The notes below the pieces were generated by a model that saw only the letters and a program-made list of their open reading frames with translations, had not been told where the DNA came from and did not search any database. A program made the translations under genes and the position numbers. From NCBI GenBank assembly GCA_964384995.1, contig CAYLMJ010000003.1, forward strand, positions 25,007 through 89,006: a stretch of DNA of 64,000 bases, read 5' to 3'. The stretch is from an uncultured archaeon. Its GTDB lineage: Archaea > Thermoplasmatota > Poseidoniia > MGIII > CAYLMJ01. Positions 1 through 12,092 of this stretch are shown here, piece by piece. Position 1 is the stretch's first letter. The number at the start of each line of letters is the position of its first letter.

Positions 1-430
1 AGCGGGAGCCGTAGAGCAACCGCCCGAAGACATGGGGCACCTGCTCCTCCACCACGCCGGGACCGTTGTCGGTGACGATGACCCTCAGCTCGTCGGCGTC
101 CACCTTCTCGAGGCTCACGACCACCTCGGGGAGGATGGCGGCCTGCTCGCATGCGTCCAGGGCGTTGTCCACCGCCTCCTTCACCGCCGTGATGAGCGAC
201 TGGGTGGGATTGTTGAAACCCAGGATGTGCTTGTTCTTCTCGAAGAACTTGGCGATGGAGGTCTGGGCGTACTCGCCGGCCGCCTTCTGGGCCGCCAGTT
301 TGCTCCTCCTCTTGGGGGCCGGAGTGGGCTTGTTCTGCCTCTTGACCGGGGCCGCTTCGGGTTCAACCGGGGGTTGCGCGGGAGGCGTCTCGGGCGCCGT
401 GAAGGCCTCTTCCAGGGTCTTCTGGGTCAT
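1..430 (-). CDS. top6B: DNA topoisomerase VI subunit B, N-terminal part (runs off window start)
   Basis: Manual translation from ATG at 430: MTQKTLEE...SIAKFFEKNKHILGFNNPTQSLITAVKEAVDNALDACEQ...VTDNGPG...FGRLLYGSR. GHKL ATPase motifs typical of Top6B. Not in the ORF track because it is truncated. Confidence 0.93.
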   Translation of the reverse strand, partial: MTQKTLEEAFTAPETPPAQPPVEPEAAPVKRQNKPTPAPKRRSKLAAQKAAGEYAQTSIAKFFEKNKHILGFNNPTQSLITAVKEAVDNALDACEQAAILPEVVVSLEKVDADELRVIVTDNGPGVVEEQVPHVFGRLLYGSR

Positions 431-493
431 GGTCGTAACCGCCACTGGCGATGGTGGATAAAGGGTTTGGCCGGATTGCCGGGGGCACTGCCT

Positions 494-3400
494 CTACTGG
501 GTGCCCGGGACGGCCAGCCACTGGGCGCATTGATGACAGTAGTAGTAGCCCTGGGCGGGTTGGAAGGGTGCCGGCTGCCAGCAGGTGGGACAGGTGGTGG
601 CCTGCGCCATCGGCTGGGCCTGAGGCTGGAGCTGGGGTTGGACCTGGGACTGGGCGACGGCCGGTCCGGCGGCGGGGACCATGCCCGGCTGGGCGGCCGG
701 AGCGGGTCCGCTCTCGGGCCATTCATCATCCTCGGGACCGGAGCGCAGATGGCGCATCAGACCCACGCCTCCCACCATCACCACCAACAGGGCCAACAGC
801 AGGACGATCATCAGGTCGGGCTCATCATCGTCCTTGTCCACCGGCCGGTTGGCCACATAGAAGCTCTCCATCACCTGGTTGTTGGAGATGTCCTCATCCT
901 CGAACTGGATGGTGGCGAAGAGCAGATGCTCGCCGGGCTGGGCGGTCCAGGTGTAGGTCACCGTGCGCTGGCCGCCGGCGGGCAGGTCCAAACTCACTTC
1001 GTGGAGCAGGCTCTCGCTGTCATCCGGGTCATCGAGATAGAGGGTCACCAGCACCGCTCTGCCCTCGGCCGGGGAGGGGTTGACCACCGTGAACGATATC
1101 TCCAGCTCGTCACCCTCCATGGGCTCATCGTCAGCCTCCCCCACCTCGATGGTATCGTCCAGGATGTAGTAATCGGGATGGAGGGCGGCGTGGTAGATGG
1201 TCAGGCTCTTGGACTCCACCTCGATGGTGTCGAACCCGTCATCCACAACAAGCTTGAAACTGGTCCAGCCCTCGGGCAGGTCGGCTGTGGACCAGCGCTG
1301 GGTGCCACTGGTCTCCAGACCCAGTCCGATGAGCTGGGGTTCACCCTGGCCAAGATGGTAGAGCCGGATGTCCAGCCCTCCGCTGTCGGGGTCGTTGACC
1401 GTCCAGGTCAGGTCCACATGGGAATCGGCGGTGTCGGTCTCGGTGTCACCCACGGATTCCAGCGTTGCCTGGGGCGGCGTGTTCACCATGATGGGCACCT
1501 GGGCCGTGGCGATGCCGGCCTGGCCGTCATCCACCGTAAGGGTGATGACATGGGCCCCGGCTGATAGTCGAGTGGATATCTCATCCTCGTCGCCGAGAGG
1601 ACCGTCCAGGTCCGAGGTCCAGCTGTAGGTCAGCAGGTCGGGTGTCTCGCCATCGGTGCTGCCCTCGGCCGCGAAGGTCACCCGCCGCGAGGGGCGGAAG
1701 ACCTCGTCCTCCAGGGGCTCGCTGATGACCGCCGTGGGGGGATTGTTGATGAAGAAGAGGATGGAGGTTGCACCCTCGACCCCGTAGATGTCTGTGGACG
1801 TCAGGGTCACGGTGTGCTCGCCCAGGGTGAGATCATCCCGGGTGAAGGAGGCCTCCTCGGACAGCAGGCCGTCCAGTGACGACTCCCAGCGATGGGTCAC
1901 CGCGTCCCCATCGGGGTCCGGTTCATCTGACGCCTCAAAGGTGACCTCGTCACCCGGCAGGGCCATGGAGCGGTCCAGGGGGACCAGGATGAGCGGCTCG
2001 GGGGCCGTGTTCATAACGATGTCGACCTTGGCGCTGGCGCTCTTGAAACCGTCGTTGACCGTCAGGGTGATGGTGTGGGGACCCCGCTCCTCCAGGGTGT
2101 GGCTGAAGGTGGCCTCGGTGCCAAACTGGCCCTCACGGTCCGACTCCCAGAGGTAGGTCAACTCGTTGCCCTCGGGATCGTAGCTGGAACCGCCGTCGAA
2201 GTCAAGAGCCCCGCCCACCGGATAGAGGCCCGCCTCCGGGCTGTCCAGCACCGGCACGGGGATCTGGTTGTTCAGCCAGCCGAAGATGTTCAGGGCCCAG
2301 GCCAGGTTGTCCGACTCGTTGAGGTAGTCATCGTTGAGGGCGTGAGAATCGGAGATGGCCACCAGCCGCCCCTGGCCATAGGGAGCCGCCGCGGCCAGCA
2401 GATTGGGGAAGATTGGCGTCTCGTCCCACACCACATCCTGGGCCTGCCCGCTCACCTCCAGGATCAGATTGGGGCTGTTGAAGTAGAGCTGGGTGATGGC
2501 GTCGTTGACCGGATGGTCCTCCAGCTGGTTGGTGGAGCCGGGAAGTCCCGGCTGACCGGTCCAGTCAATGCCGGCGTAATCGGTGAGCGCCCTCATAGTG
2601 GCCGCGCTGTCATCGCCGTTCACCAGCAGGCCGCCGCCGGAATCAATGAAGGTCTGCAAGACCTCGAGCTCCTCGGTGGTGTAGGCCGTCTGGGGCTGTC
2701 CCACCACCAGCACCGTGATGGGCTCCAGGGCCAGGTCGGTGAGGCTCTCACCGTCCGGCAGGGCGAACACGTGGTAGCGGGCCGTCTCCAGCTCATCGGC
2801 CATCACGGTGTAGGTGAAATCGTTGGCATGGGCCTCGTCGAACAGCACCTTGCCCACCGGCCGGTAGACATCCAGGGTCCGGTAGAGCCAGTTGTTGTAG
2901 GTGCGGGCCTCATCCTCCACGGGTTGGACGTGGATGGCGATGGGGGTCAGGGCCTCCCGGGTGGGGGTCCAGCCCAGGGTCAGCTCCTCGGCCAAGCCCG
3001 AGGCCAGCTCGTCCACCGTGATGGTGCTCTCGACCTTGTCGTTGACCCGCAGTTCGACGGTCAGGTCGCTCTCGTCCGAGAGTCCGATGTTGGCCAGCTG
3101 GAAGGTGAACTCGGTGGGTTCGTTGACCTCAAAGTAGTGGTCCAGTTCAAGGCCGCCCAGGCTCAGTTCGTGCTCCTCGCTGATGACCCCGGAGACAACC
3201 AGGGCGAAGGGCTGGTCCACCTCCTCGGTGTCCTCGTCGCCGTCCATGGCGATGTTGTCGGCCGCCACCTCGATGGACCAGAGCCCCTCCTCCGGGGCCT
3301 CGATGAAGACGTTCTCCACGTTGTTGATGGAGTCGCGCTCACCGTCCACGATGGAGTAGTGGTTGTCGCCCAGGCCGTAGTTGCCCAGGTAGGTGTCCCC

Positions 3401-5073
3401 CGAGGGGGTGGTGACGATGAGGTCCAGACCAGGGATATCTTCAGGGGCGTGATGGTGGTGGGCTGGAAATTGACTGAGAAGGACTGACCGGTCTCCAGGG
3501 CCACCTCCTCGTCCACGATGAGATGGTTGACCCCCATGCCGTGCAGGTAGTCCATGTCGATGTAGCCCCAGCCCTGGGCGAAGCGGTCGGCCCGGGTCAG
3601 GTCGTGCTGGTAGGCGTTGGCGATGGCCAGGGCCTTGATGGTGGCGGCGTGGGGTTTCTCGCCCGAGGGATTGTTGCCAAAGTGGTTGGCCTTGTAGAGC
3701 TGGTAGGCCAGGGAGAGGGCTCCGGCGGTCACCGGTGTGGCTCCCGAGGTCCCACCGAACGAGGAGGTGTAGCCGTTGTCCCCGGTGGTGGTGTAGATGG
3801 CGTCGTAGGGTCCCGAGAGGTCGGGCTTGTAGCGGCCGTCCTCGGTGGGTCCCTTGTTGCCCTCGTTGCCACTGTGCCGGTCGTCCTCACGATCGGTGTT
3901 GTCGAAATGGTCCAGGCCTCCAACGGTGATGACGTTCTTGGCCGTGGCATCCTGGGAGATGGACTCGTCACTGCCCCCGTTGCCGGCGGCGTAGAGCATG
4001 CTCACATCGTACTCCATGACGGCCCGGTCGTTCTCCTCGGAGTAGGAGGAGTACTGGCTGTTGGCCGAGCCCTGGTGCCACGAGTTGGACTGGAAGAGCC
4101 CGTCCCAGTTGTTCACCAGATTGCGGATGGACTGGAGCCGGGGCACGTTCCACTGGCAGAAGACCCCGCCCGAGCCGTGGGACTGGCCCAGGGCCCGCTC
4201 GTCCACCCCCTTGGCGTAGACGATGCCGAAGGTGGAGGTGCCGTGGTCGGCCTCCTCCACGTTGCCGTCGGTGCCGATGAGCTGGCCCTCGAACTCCTGA
4301 TGGTCCTGGTCGATGCCGTTGTCCTTTATCTCGCCCACGATGGGCTCCCCGGTCACCTCGTAGGTGTGCATCTCCTCGGTGCCGGTGAAGATCCGGATGT
4401 TGTCCATGACGGCGACCAGCTCACCGTGGAGGGACAGCCATTCCACCCGGTCCAGGGCCGCCAGAACTGGCAGGTCCGGGCTCATCATCCTGACCGTGAG
4501 GATGTCGTTGAGCTGTCCCGTGTCCAGGATATCGCCCTCCAGGGTCCGAATGAGATCCATGATGGTGGCCCTGTCCCGGCTCGAGGTCAGTTCGGGAAAG
4601 AGCTTGATCTCCACGGTCAGCTCAACATCCCCCTGGACCGCCGCAAGCTCGGGGTCGATCTTGTAGGCCGGATGGTAGGGGCCGACCCAGGTGACGAAGT
4701 CGAGGTCGGCCGTCCGCTCCAGACCTCCCTGTCCGTTCTCAAAGACCAGGTAGGTGTACTGGGGAATGTAGCGCAGGATGGTGAGTCCCTGGTCTTCCAG
4801 GGTGGAGTACCAGCCGGGCTGGGTCGCTCCTTCCAGCTGGACCAGGGCCAGGCGGCTGTCATCCAGGGACGCAAGATGGGAGGGCACCTGGGGCTTACCA
4901 GCCGAGGGGTCGAAGTTGGCGTACTTGAGATGGATCAGACCCGTATCATCATCAGGTCCAGTATCATCGGGTCCGGTCCGGGGTCCGGAGGCCGAACTGC
5001 CCATCAGGCCCAGCGGCATCAGCATGGCGAGGACTATCAGCAGGCTCAGGGGTCGAGTTGGGGAAAGGGCCAT
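494..5073 (-). pseudogene. Membrane-anchored S8 (subtilisin-like) serine protease with CARDB, GldG/DUF4350-like, PKD domains, TM helix and C-terminal Zn ribbon; frameshifted at ~3421-3427
   Basis: ORF 3163..5073 has a signal peptide and the triad motifs IKDNG, HGTSTFG and GTSGATP. After ISLVWT the protein-like frame continues as LDLIVTTPSGDTYLGN... into ORF 494..3349 (PKD-like W-x-S-D-L-D-G repeats, TM, CPTC...CHQC). Confidence 0.85.
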
Positions 5074-5177
5074 GGCTATACCTGGTGTTGTTCTGTCAAG
5101 GCCAGTTCGGGTTTTTATTTAGACCTTTGTCCATTTTAGGGCCCAAAATCCAGATATCGACCAATCGCGGGTTCAGG

Positions 5178-5588
5178 TCACCGTTTGTTCTCGTGTTTCC
5201 GTGCGGCCTTGCCAATGTCCCGGTTCAGCTTCCGGGCCACTCTCTTCTGGCGATTCAATTCCCAGGCCTGGTTGCGTTTCTGCTTGTCCTCGTTCTTCAT
5301 TCGCGAGATGTTCAAGCGAGTGTCGGCCCGCAAGGCCTCCTCCTTGTTGATGCGCCTGATTAACTTGTGCTGTATCTCGTGGGGCAGTTGGTCCATCAGA
5401 TGGCGGTCGATGGCCAAGTGGAGGTCCACATCCTTGCCCTTGGGCTTGAAGCCGACCTCACCCGCCCCATCCGGTGCGCTGGACATTTTGAGTTTGCACA
5501 CAAGACAACGCTCGGCATTTTCGGGCACATCGGCGCCACAGTTGCCGCACTCGAACAGTTTCTGCTTCTCATCTTGGGTCTCGGACAT
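5178..5588 (-). CDS. Zinc-ribbon-containing hypothetical protein
   Basis: CGNC...CLVC N-terminal ribbon, basic helical C-terminus, TATA-like TTAATAT ~35 bp upstream. Confidence 0.65.
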   Translation of the reverse strand: MSETQDEKQKLFECGNCGADVPENAERCLVCKLKMSSAPDGAGEVGFKPKGKDVDLHLAIDRHLMDQLPHEIQHKLIRRINKEEALRADTRLNISRMKNEDKQKRNQAWELNRQKRVARKLNRDIGKAARKHENKR

Positions 5589-5692
5589 CGTCAAGCAACC
5601 CGGCAGGGTATCGGTCCCTGGATATTAACATTGAGGCTAATGCATCATTCAAAAGCCCAAAGAGCTATCACCGACCATATCCATACAACATT

Positions 5693-6973
5693 GTGGCCTA
5701 TTTTCCCCACGACCCGGATGATGACTTTGGATTGAAGCTCAATCGTTGGCTGGGACGCAAGGACCGCCAGCTGGCCTTGGAACTGCCCCATGCCCTCTAC
5801 ACCATGGAGCTCATGCTGGCCTCGGGAGCCGGGACCGAGGAGGCCATCCTCTACGTGGCCCGGGGTGATTACGGCCCTGTCTCAAAGCTATTTGCGGAGG
5901 CCGTCGACTCGGCCGCCGAGGGGGAGGTCCAGCTCTCCAAAGCTCTGCTGGCGGTGGGCCGTGCCTCGGGCTCGGAGCCCTTCCAGGAGGCAATGGACGA
6001 GCTGGTGGCCCGCATGGAGACCGGCTACGACGTGGGCAAGCGACTGGGCCAGTTCGCCTATCGCAACCAGCTCTACATACGACGGGCCAACGACGCCTTC
6101 TCCAACAGGTTCCGGGAGGTCTACCTGCCCGCCTACATGATCCTGGCCCTGCTGTTCCCATTCCTCTTTGGTTCGGTGAGCTTCTTTCTGGGCTCGGTGG
6201 CGGTCGGCGACGTTCCCCAACCCCCGCCCTGGCTGGCCTGGCCCTTTCCCTTCGTGAGCCTGGCCGTGGCCTGCTACATGATCCATGCCTCGCCACCCAT
6301 GGAACGAACGAGCCTGCGGGAACTCTATCTCTTCATGGTCCGCTATCCCTCGACCCAGGTGCTCATGATGGGTCTGGCGGTTGTAATATCCTTCTACGTA
6401 GGCTGGCTCTCCCTGGGCTTCGGCTTCGCCTCCGCCATCATCACCAGCCCCGGCTTCCTGATCCTGGCCCTCCTGGTCTTCGACCATTACGGGAACCAGA
6501 AGGCCGAGGAGGTGGAGAGCCGGTTCCGCCAGGGCCTGGAGGATACGGCCGATTACATCTCGGGCCATCACTCCCTGGAGTGGTCCATCAACCAGGGCTT
6601 CTCGGAAGAGTTCCTGACCGACCTCTGCCTGGTCCGGGACCGGTGGGAGCTGAACGAGGCCTTCAGGGATCTGGCTCGGCGCTTTCCACTGCACACCTTC
6701 AGGCGGACGGCGCTACTGATAAAGGCCTCCACCGAACGAGGCTTGGAGGTGGGCGATGCCCTGCGCATGCTGGCCAAGGGGCTGTGGGAGCATCACCTCA
6801 TCCGCTTTCGCCGCCGGGAGCAGAACCTGAAGGAACTGTTGTTGGGCATTATCATCATGCTGGGCGTGGCCGGCCTGCTCCCCATCGGCTTCACCTTCCT
6901 GCCCACCGCTCTGGCCATCGTGGGCCTGGTCGGATACCTCCTGGTCTACCTGGTGGGCGTTGGCAGGCTGTGA
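5693..6973 (+). CDS. Type II secretion system F / TadC-FlaJ-like pilus assembly membrane protein
   Basis: ELPHALYTMELMLASG..EEAI.YVARGDYGPVS pattern of the T2SSF domain; two such soluble regions separated by several TM helices. Confidence 0.7.
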   Translation: MAYFPHDPDDDFGLKLNRWLGRKDRQLALELPHALYTMELMLASGAGTEEAILYVARGDYGPVSKLFAEAVDSAAEGEVQLSKALLAVGRASGSEPFQEAMDELVARMETGYDVGKRLGQFAYRNQLYIRRANDAFSNRFREVYLPAYMILALLFPFLFGSVSFFLGSVAVGDVPQPPPWLAWPFPFVSLAVACYMIHASPPMERTSLRELYLFMVRYPSTQVLMMGLAVVISFYVGWLSLGFGFASAIITSPGFLILALLVFDHYGNQKAEEVESRFRQGLEDTADYISGHHSLEWSINQGFSEEFLTDLCLVRDRWELNEAFRDLARRFPLHTFRRTALLIKASTERGLEVGDALRMLAKGLWEHHLIRFRRREQNLKELLLGIIIMLGVAGLLPIGFTFLPTALAIVGLVGYLLVYLVGVGRL

Positions 6974-6979
6974 ACTGTC

Positions 6980-8122
6980 TCAGGCCGAACCCGAGATCTC
7001 CCTGAGCTTGTGCAGGGCGTCGGCGGCGGCCTTGCGCACGTCCTGGTACTCGTCGTGCATGGAATCCACCAGCTCATCCTCGATCTGCTCGCAGAGCTGG
7101 CGCCGCCATTCGATGGTCGGCTGGGCCTTGGAGGCCTCGGCCAGGGCGCATCCCAGTCGATCCAGGGCCTCGATGGAGTGGAGTCGGATGGTGCGGTTGT
7201 TGGACATGTTCAGGGCCGATATCAGCGGCTCCACCGCCTCCTGCCCGATGACCTCCAGGGCCTGGGTGGCGGCATGTCGGACGTTCTCCGAACGGTCGCC
7301 CAGGGCGGCGATGAGCGGGGCGATGGCTTCTTCAGCTCGCATGCGGCCCAGGGTCCAGGCGGCCGATTCTCGAACCGCGGGTTCGATGTGGTTCAGCTTG
7401 TCCACAATGTGGGGGACCCATTCGTCCGACCCATTGTCCGTGGCGGCCAGTGATGCAGCCAGCGCCGCTTCCTCGGATGCCAGCTCCTGAGGCAGTTCAG
7501 CGTGATATTCGATGAACTCCACCTCATCTGGTACATCCTCCATCCTCAGCTCGACCAATGGCTCCTGGGACCCATGTGGCAGATCGGGTGGCTCAGATGG
7601 TTCCGGTTCACCCTCACCCAGTTCCTCCAGCGCCTCGCTGGCCGCGGTCCTCACCTCGGGCTCCTTGTCGTAGGTGGCATCCTTCAGGGCCAGCACCGCC
7701 CGCCGGTCGCCCAGGTCGCCCAGTGCCGAGGCCGCCAGCATGCGCACCCCCTCATCCTGGTCCTCCAGGACCGTTATCAGCGGGTCCACCGCCCGGGGGT
7801 CGCCCAGCTGTTCCAGGGCGTTGACCACGTTGCGTCTGACCCGCCAGTTGCCATCGTCCAGGGCCCCCACCAGGGCCTCGAAAGCCCGGACCGAGCCCAG
7901 GCGGCCCAGGGCCCAGGCGGACCAGCGGCGGGTGTCCGTGCGGTCATCCCCCAGGGCCTTGACCAGTCCCTCCACCGCCCTGGTATCGCCCAGCTGGGCC
8001 AGACCGAAGGCGGCCTCCTTGCGTATCTTGGACTCCTTGCCCCTCAGGGCCTTGACCAGGCTCTCCCAGTCGCCGGCCACCACCATCGCGGCTATCTCAC
8101 TCTCGGTATCGGCCATGGACAT
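6980..8122 (-). CDS. HEAT/PBS-lyase repeat protein
   Basis: Repeated VRxxAAxALGxLGDxRAVxxLxxAL units in two blocks. Confidence 0.9.
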   Translation of the reverse strand: MSMADTESEIAAMVVAGDWESLVKALRGKESKIRKEAAFGLAQLGDTRAVEGLVKALGDDRTDTRRWSAWALGRLGSVRAFEALVGALDDGNWRVRRNVVNALEQLGDPRAVDPLITVLEDQDEGVRMLAASALGDLGDRRAVLALKDATYDKEPEVRTAASEALEELGEGEPEPSEPPDLPHGSQEPLVELRMEDVPDEVEFIEYHAELPQELASEEAALAASLAATDNGSDEWVPHIVDKLNHIEPAVRESAAWTLGRMRAEEAIAPLIAALGDRSENVRHAATQALEVIGQEAVEPLISALNMSNNRTIRLHSIEALDRLGCALAEASKAQPTIEWRRQLCEQIEDELVDSMHDEYQDVRKAAADALHKLREISGSA

Positions 8123-8249
8123 CCCTGACCCAAGATATGGCTTCGGTCCTTAATGGACTTTGCTCTCGGGTGTGTTTGGGCTATTGCTGGATGCTCGGCA
8201 ACCCTCTTACAGTCCTGTTACAGTCCTGTTATCTTGAACTGGTTACCCC

Positions 8250-10340
<2,091 letters not shown>

Positions 10341-10628
10341 TGGTTGCCCCTCCCGGTAAGCTCATTCCCACTGCCCCGGTCGCTGATGGTCAAGCCCTCC
10401 TCCGGGCTCCCTGAGGCGAGGTCGACCCGCCCAGAGCCATGGCCAAAACCGATGGGATAAGTCAGTGAAAAGACCCCATGGAATAGGTGATTGGCCATTA
10501 AGGGGTCTTTATAAAAGTCTGCCCCAACCGTGGGGAGTCACTGGCGAGGCCTGTCGGCGGGGTGTGAAAGGCCACTGGCCACCACAAAGGTTAAAGTTGA
10601 ATGGGGATTCGGCGCTGTGGTGGCTAAA

Positions 10629-11300
10629 ATGGCAAAAACCGAGCCCAAGACCCCCGAAGCAGACCCTGGCGAGCCGACGAACGAGATGCTGGCAGAGCTG
10701 ATGAAACTCCCTGGCGTGGGCGTTGTGACCGCCAAGTCATTATGGTCCAAGGGCATCACCTCGGCCAAGGACCTCCAGGGCCAGACCGTGGAGGGTTTAG
10801 GCAAGGTCAAGGGTTTCACGGTGGAACAGACCAAGAAGCTCCTGGCCTTCGTGCACCTGGACGGCGTGGTCGATACCGCCTCGGGCACCCTGTCCCAGCT
10901 GGTGGAGGCCACCCTGAGCACCGCCAAGACCATCACCTCCACCGCCGCGGACACCGCAGGCAAGGCCATGAACGTGGCCACCGACACGGCGGGCAAGGCC
11001 GTGGACACGGCAGGCAAGGCGGTGGGCAGTGCCACCGAGATGGTGGGTCTGAAGGGCGGCGAGGGCGGTTCCCTGCCCGACAAGCTGTGGCAGGAGCTGA
11101 AGGGCGTTCCCGACATGACCAAGGAGAAGGCCACGGCGCTCTACAACGCCGGCTTCACCACCAGCAAGCAGATAATGAACGCCACCGCGGCCCAGCTGGC
11201 CAAGGTGCAGGGCATCACCATGGAGTTGGCCGGCAAGCTCGTGGACTTCGTGAAGGAACTGGTGCCCGGCGGGGAAGCAGAGGAAGAGGCGGCAGAGTAG
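10629..11300 (+). CDS. Helix-hairpin-helix domain protein with central DTAGKA repeats
   Basis: HhH-like motifs LMKLPGVGVVTA, LGKVKGFT, LKGVPDMT, LAKVQGIT. Start could also be GTG 10617 or 10620. Confidence 0.75.
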   Translation: MAKTEPKTPEADPGEPTNEMLAELMKLPGVGVVTAKSLWSKGITSAKDLQGQTVEGLGKVKGFTVEQTKKLLAFVHLDGVVDTASGTLSQLVEATLSTAKTITSTAADTAGKAMNVATDTAGKAVDTAGKAVGSATEMVGLKGGEGGSLPDKLWQELKGVPDMTKEKATALYNAGFTTSKQIMNATAAQLAKVQGITMELAGKLVDFVKELVPGGEAEEEAAE

Positions 11301-11465
11301 CCCGGGAACCCTGGTTACTGCGAGCCTTTCGACCAATTCTCTTTCTCAGAGAGATTCCTCGATGCCTCCTCCTCCAATGCGATATGAGAATCTGACGATT
11401 CCAATGCGATGTGAGAATGGAACGACCCCAAGCCATGATGATGAACCGATGACAGTGAACTATGT

Positions 11466-11548
11466 GTGGGGGTAGCCAAGCCTGGAAACGGCGCCGGACT
11501 TAAGATCCGGTCCTTAGTGGTCCGTGGGTTCGAATCCCACCCCCCACA
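11466..11548 (+). tRNA. tRNA-Leu(TAA)
   Basis: Acceptor GTGGGGG/CCCCCAC, anticodon arm CCGGA-CTTAAGA-TCCGG, long variable arm, GTGGG-TTCGAAT-CCCAC T arm; CCA not encoded. Confidence 0.96.
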
Positions 11549-11578
11549 CTTTTCACGCCCGCTTCGGCGTGAAAAGTG
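11546..11578 (+). terminator. Perfect hairpin immediately downstream of tRNA-Leu
   Basis: CACTTTTCACGCC-CGCTTC-GGCGTGAAAAGTG, a 13-bp inverted repeat. Confidence 0.5.
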
Positions 11579-11801
11579 TCGGTGCCTGTGAAATTGATAG
11601 GGATTTCCCAGGCCCCCACACCCTCCGGGCGTCCGGGGTGCGACGTGAAATGTGGAAAGAACGATATTTCCAATCCTGCAGTGGGTCCATGACGTAAGTT
11701 TAATATGCAAAGCCGTCAAAGTTTTCTTGGTGAAACGTCCCATGGAACCTGCCGATCTCAGACCAGATATCGGACCTGGAGATGCCTGGGATGGGTACAC
11801 G

Positions 11802-11991
11802 TAACTCGGAGCCAACTCGGAGCCAACTCGAAGCTACCTCGAAGCTACCTCGAAGCTTCTACGAAGGAACACCGAAGCTACAACGAACCTATACCGAAGG
11901 AACACCGAAGCCACAGTATAGGGCGAGTATAGGCTGAGTATTAGACGAGTATAGGATGAGTATTGGACGAGTATGGGGGAAGTATGGGAAC
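11802..11991. repeat. Degenerate 11-bp tandem repeat array (two unit families)
   Basis: 10 units like (C/T)AACTCGAAGC at 11802-11911, then 7 units like AGTATAGGACG at 11915-11991. Confidence 0.85.
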
Positions 11992-12092
11992 CCCTCCCTC
12001 CCAGTATAGGTATGTATTGTGTCCCCAACAGCTATATCAAACCTGCAAATTGCCAGGAGCGTCAGCTGTCTTTGCAATACCGGGTGTACAAC

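Noticed and set aside
3400..3445. Programmed ribosomal frameshift in the S8 gene
   Set aside because: No slippery heptamer, and conserved residues appear to be missing, which fits a deletion better
32..5139. Long + strand ORFs (32..1564, 2075..3487, 3523..5139), and similar antisense ORFs elsewhere such as 18583..20277, 30170..31753 and 38933..40357
   Set aside because: Shadow ORFs opposite well-supported genes in high-GC DNA; no recognisable motifs
11802..11991. Possible CRISPR array
   Set aside because: Units are 11 bp, contiguous and degenerate, with no unique spacers and no cas genes
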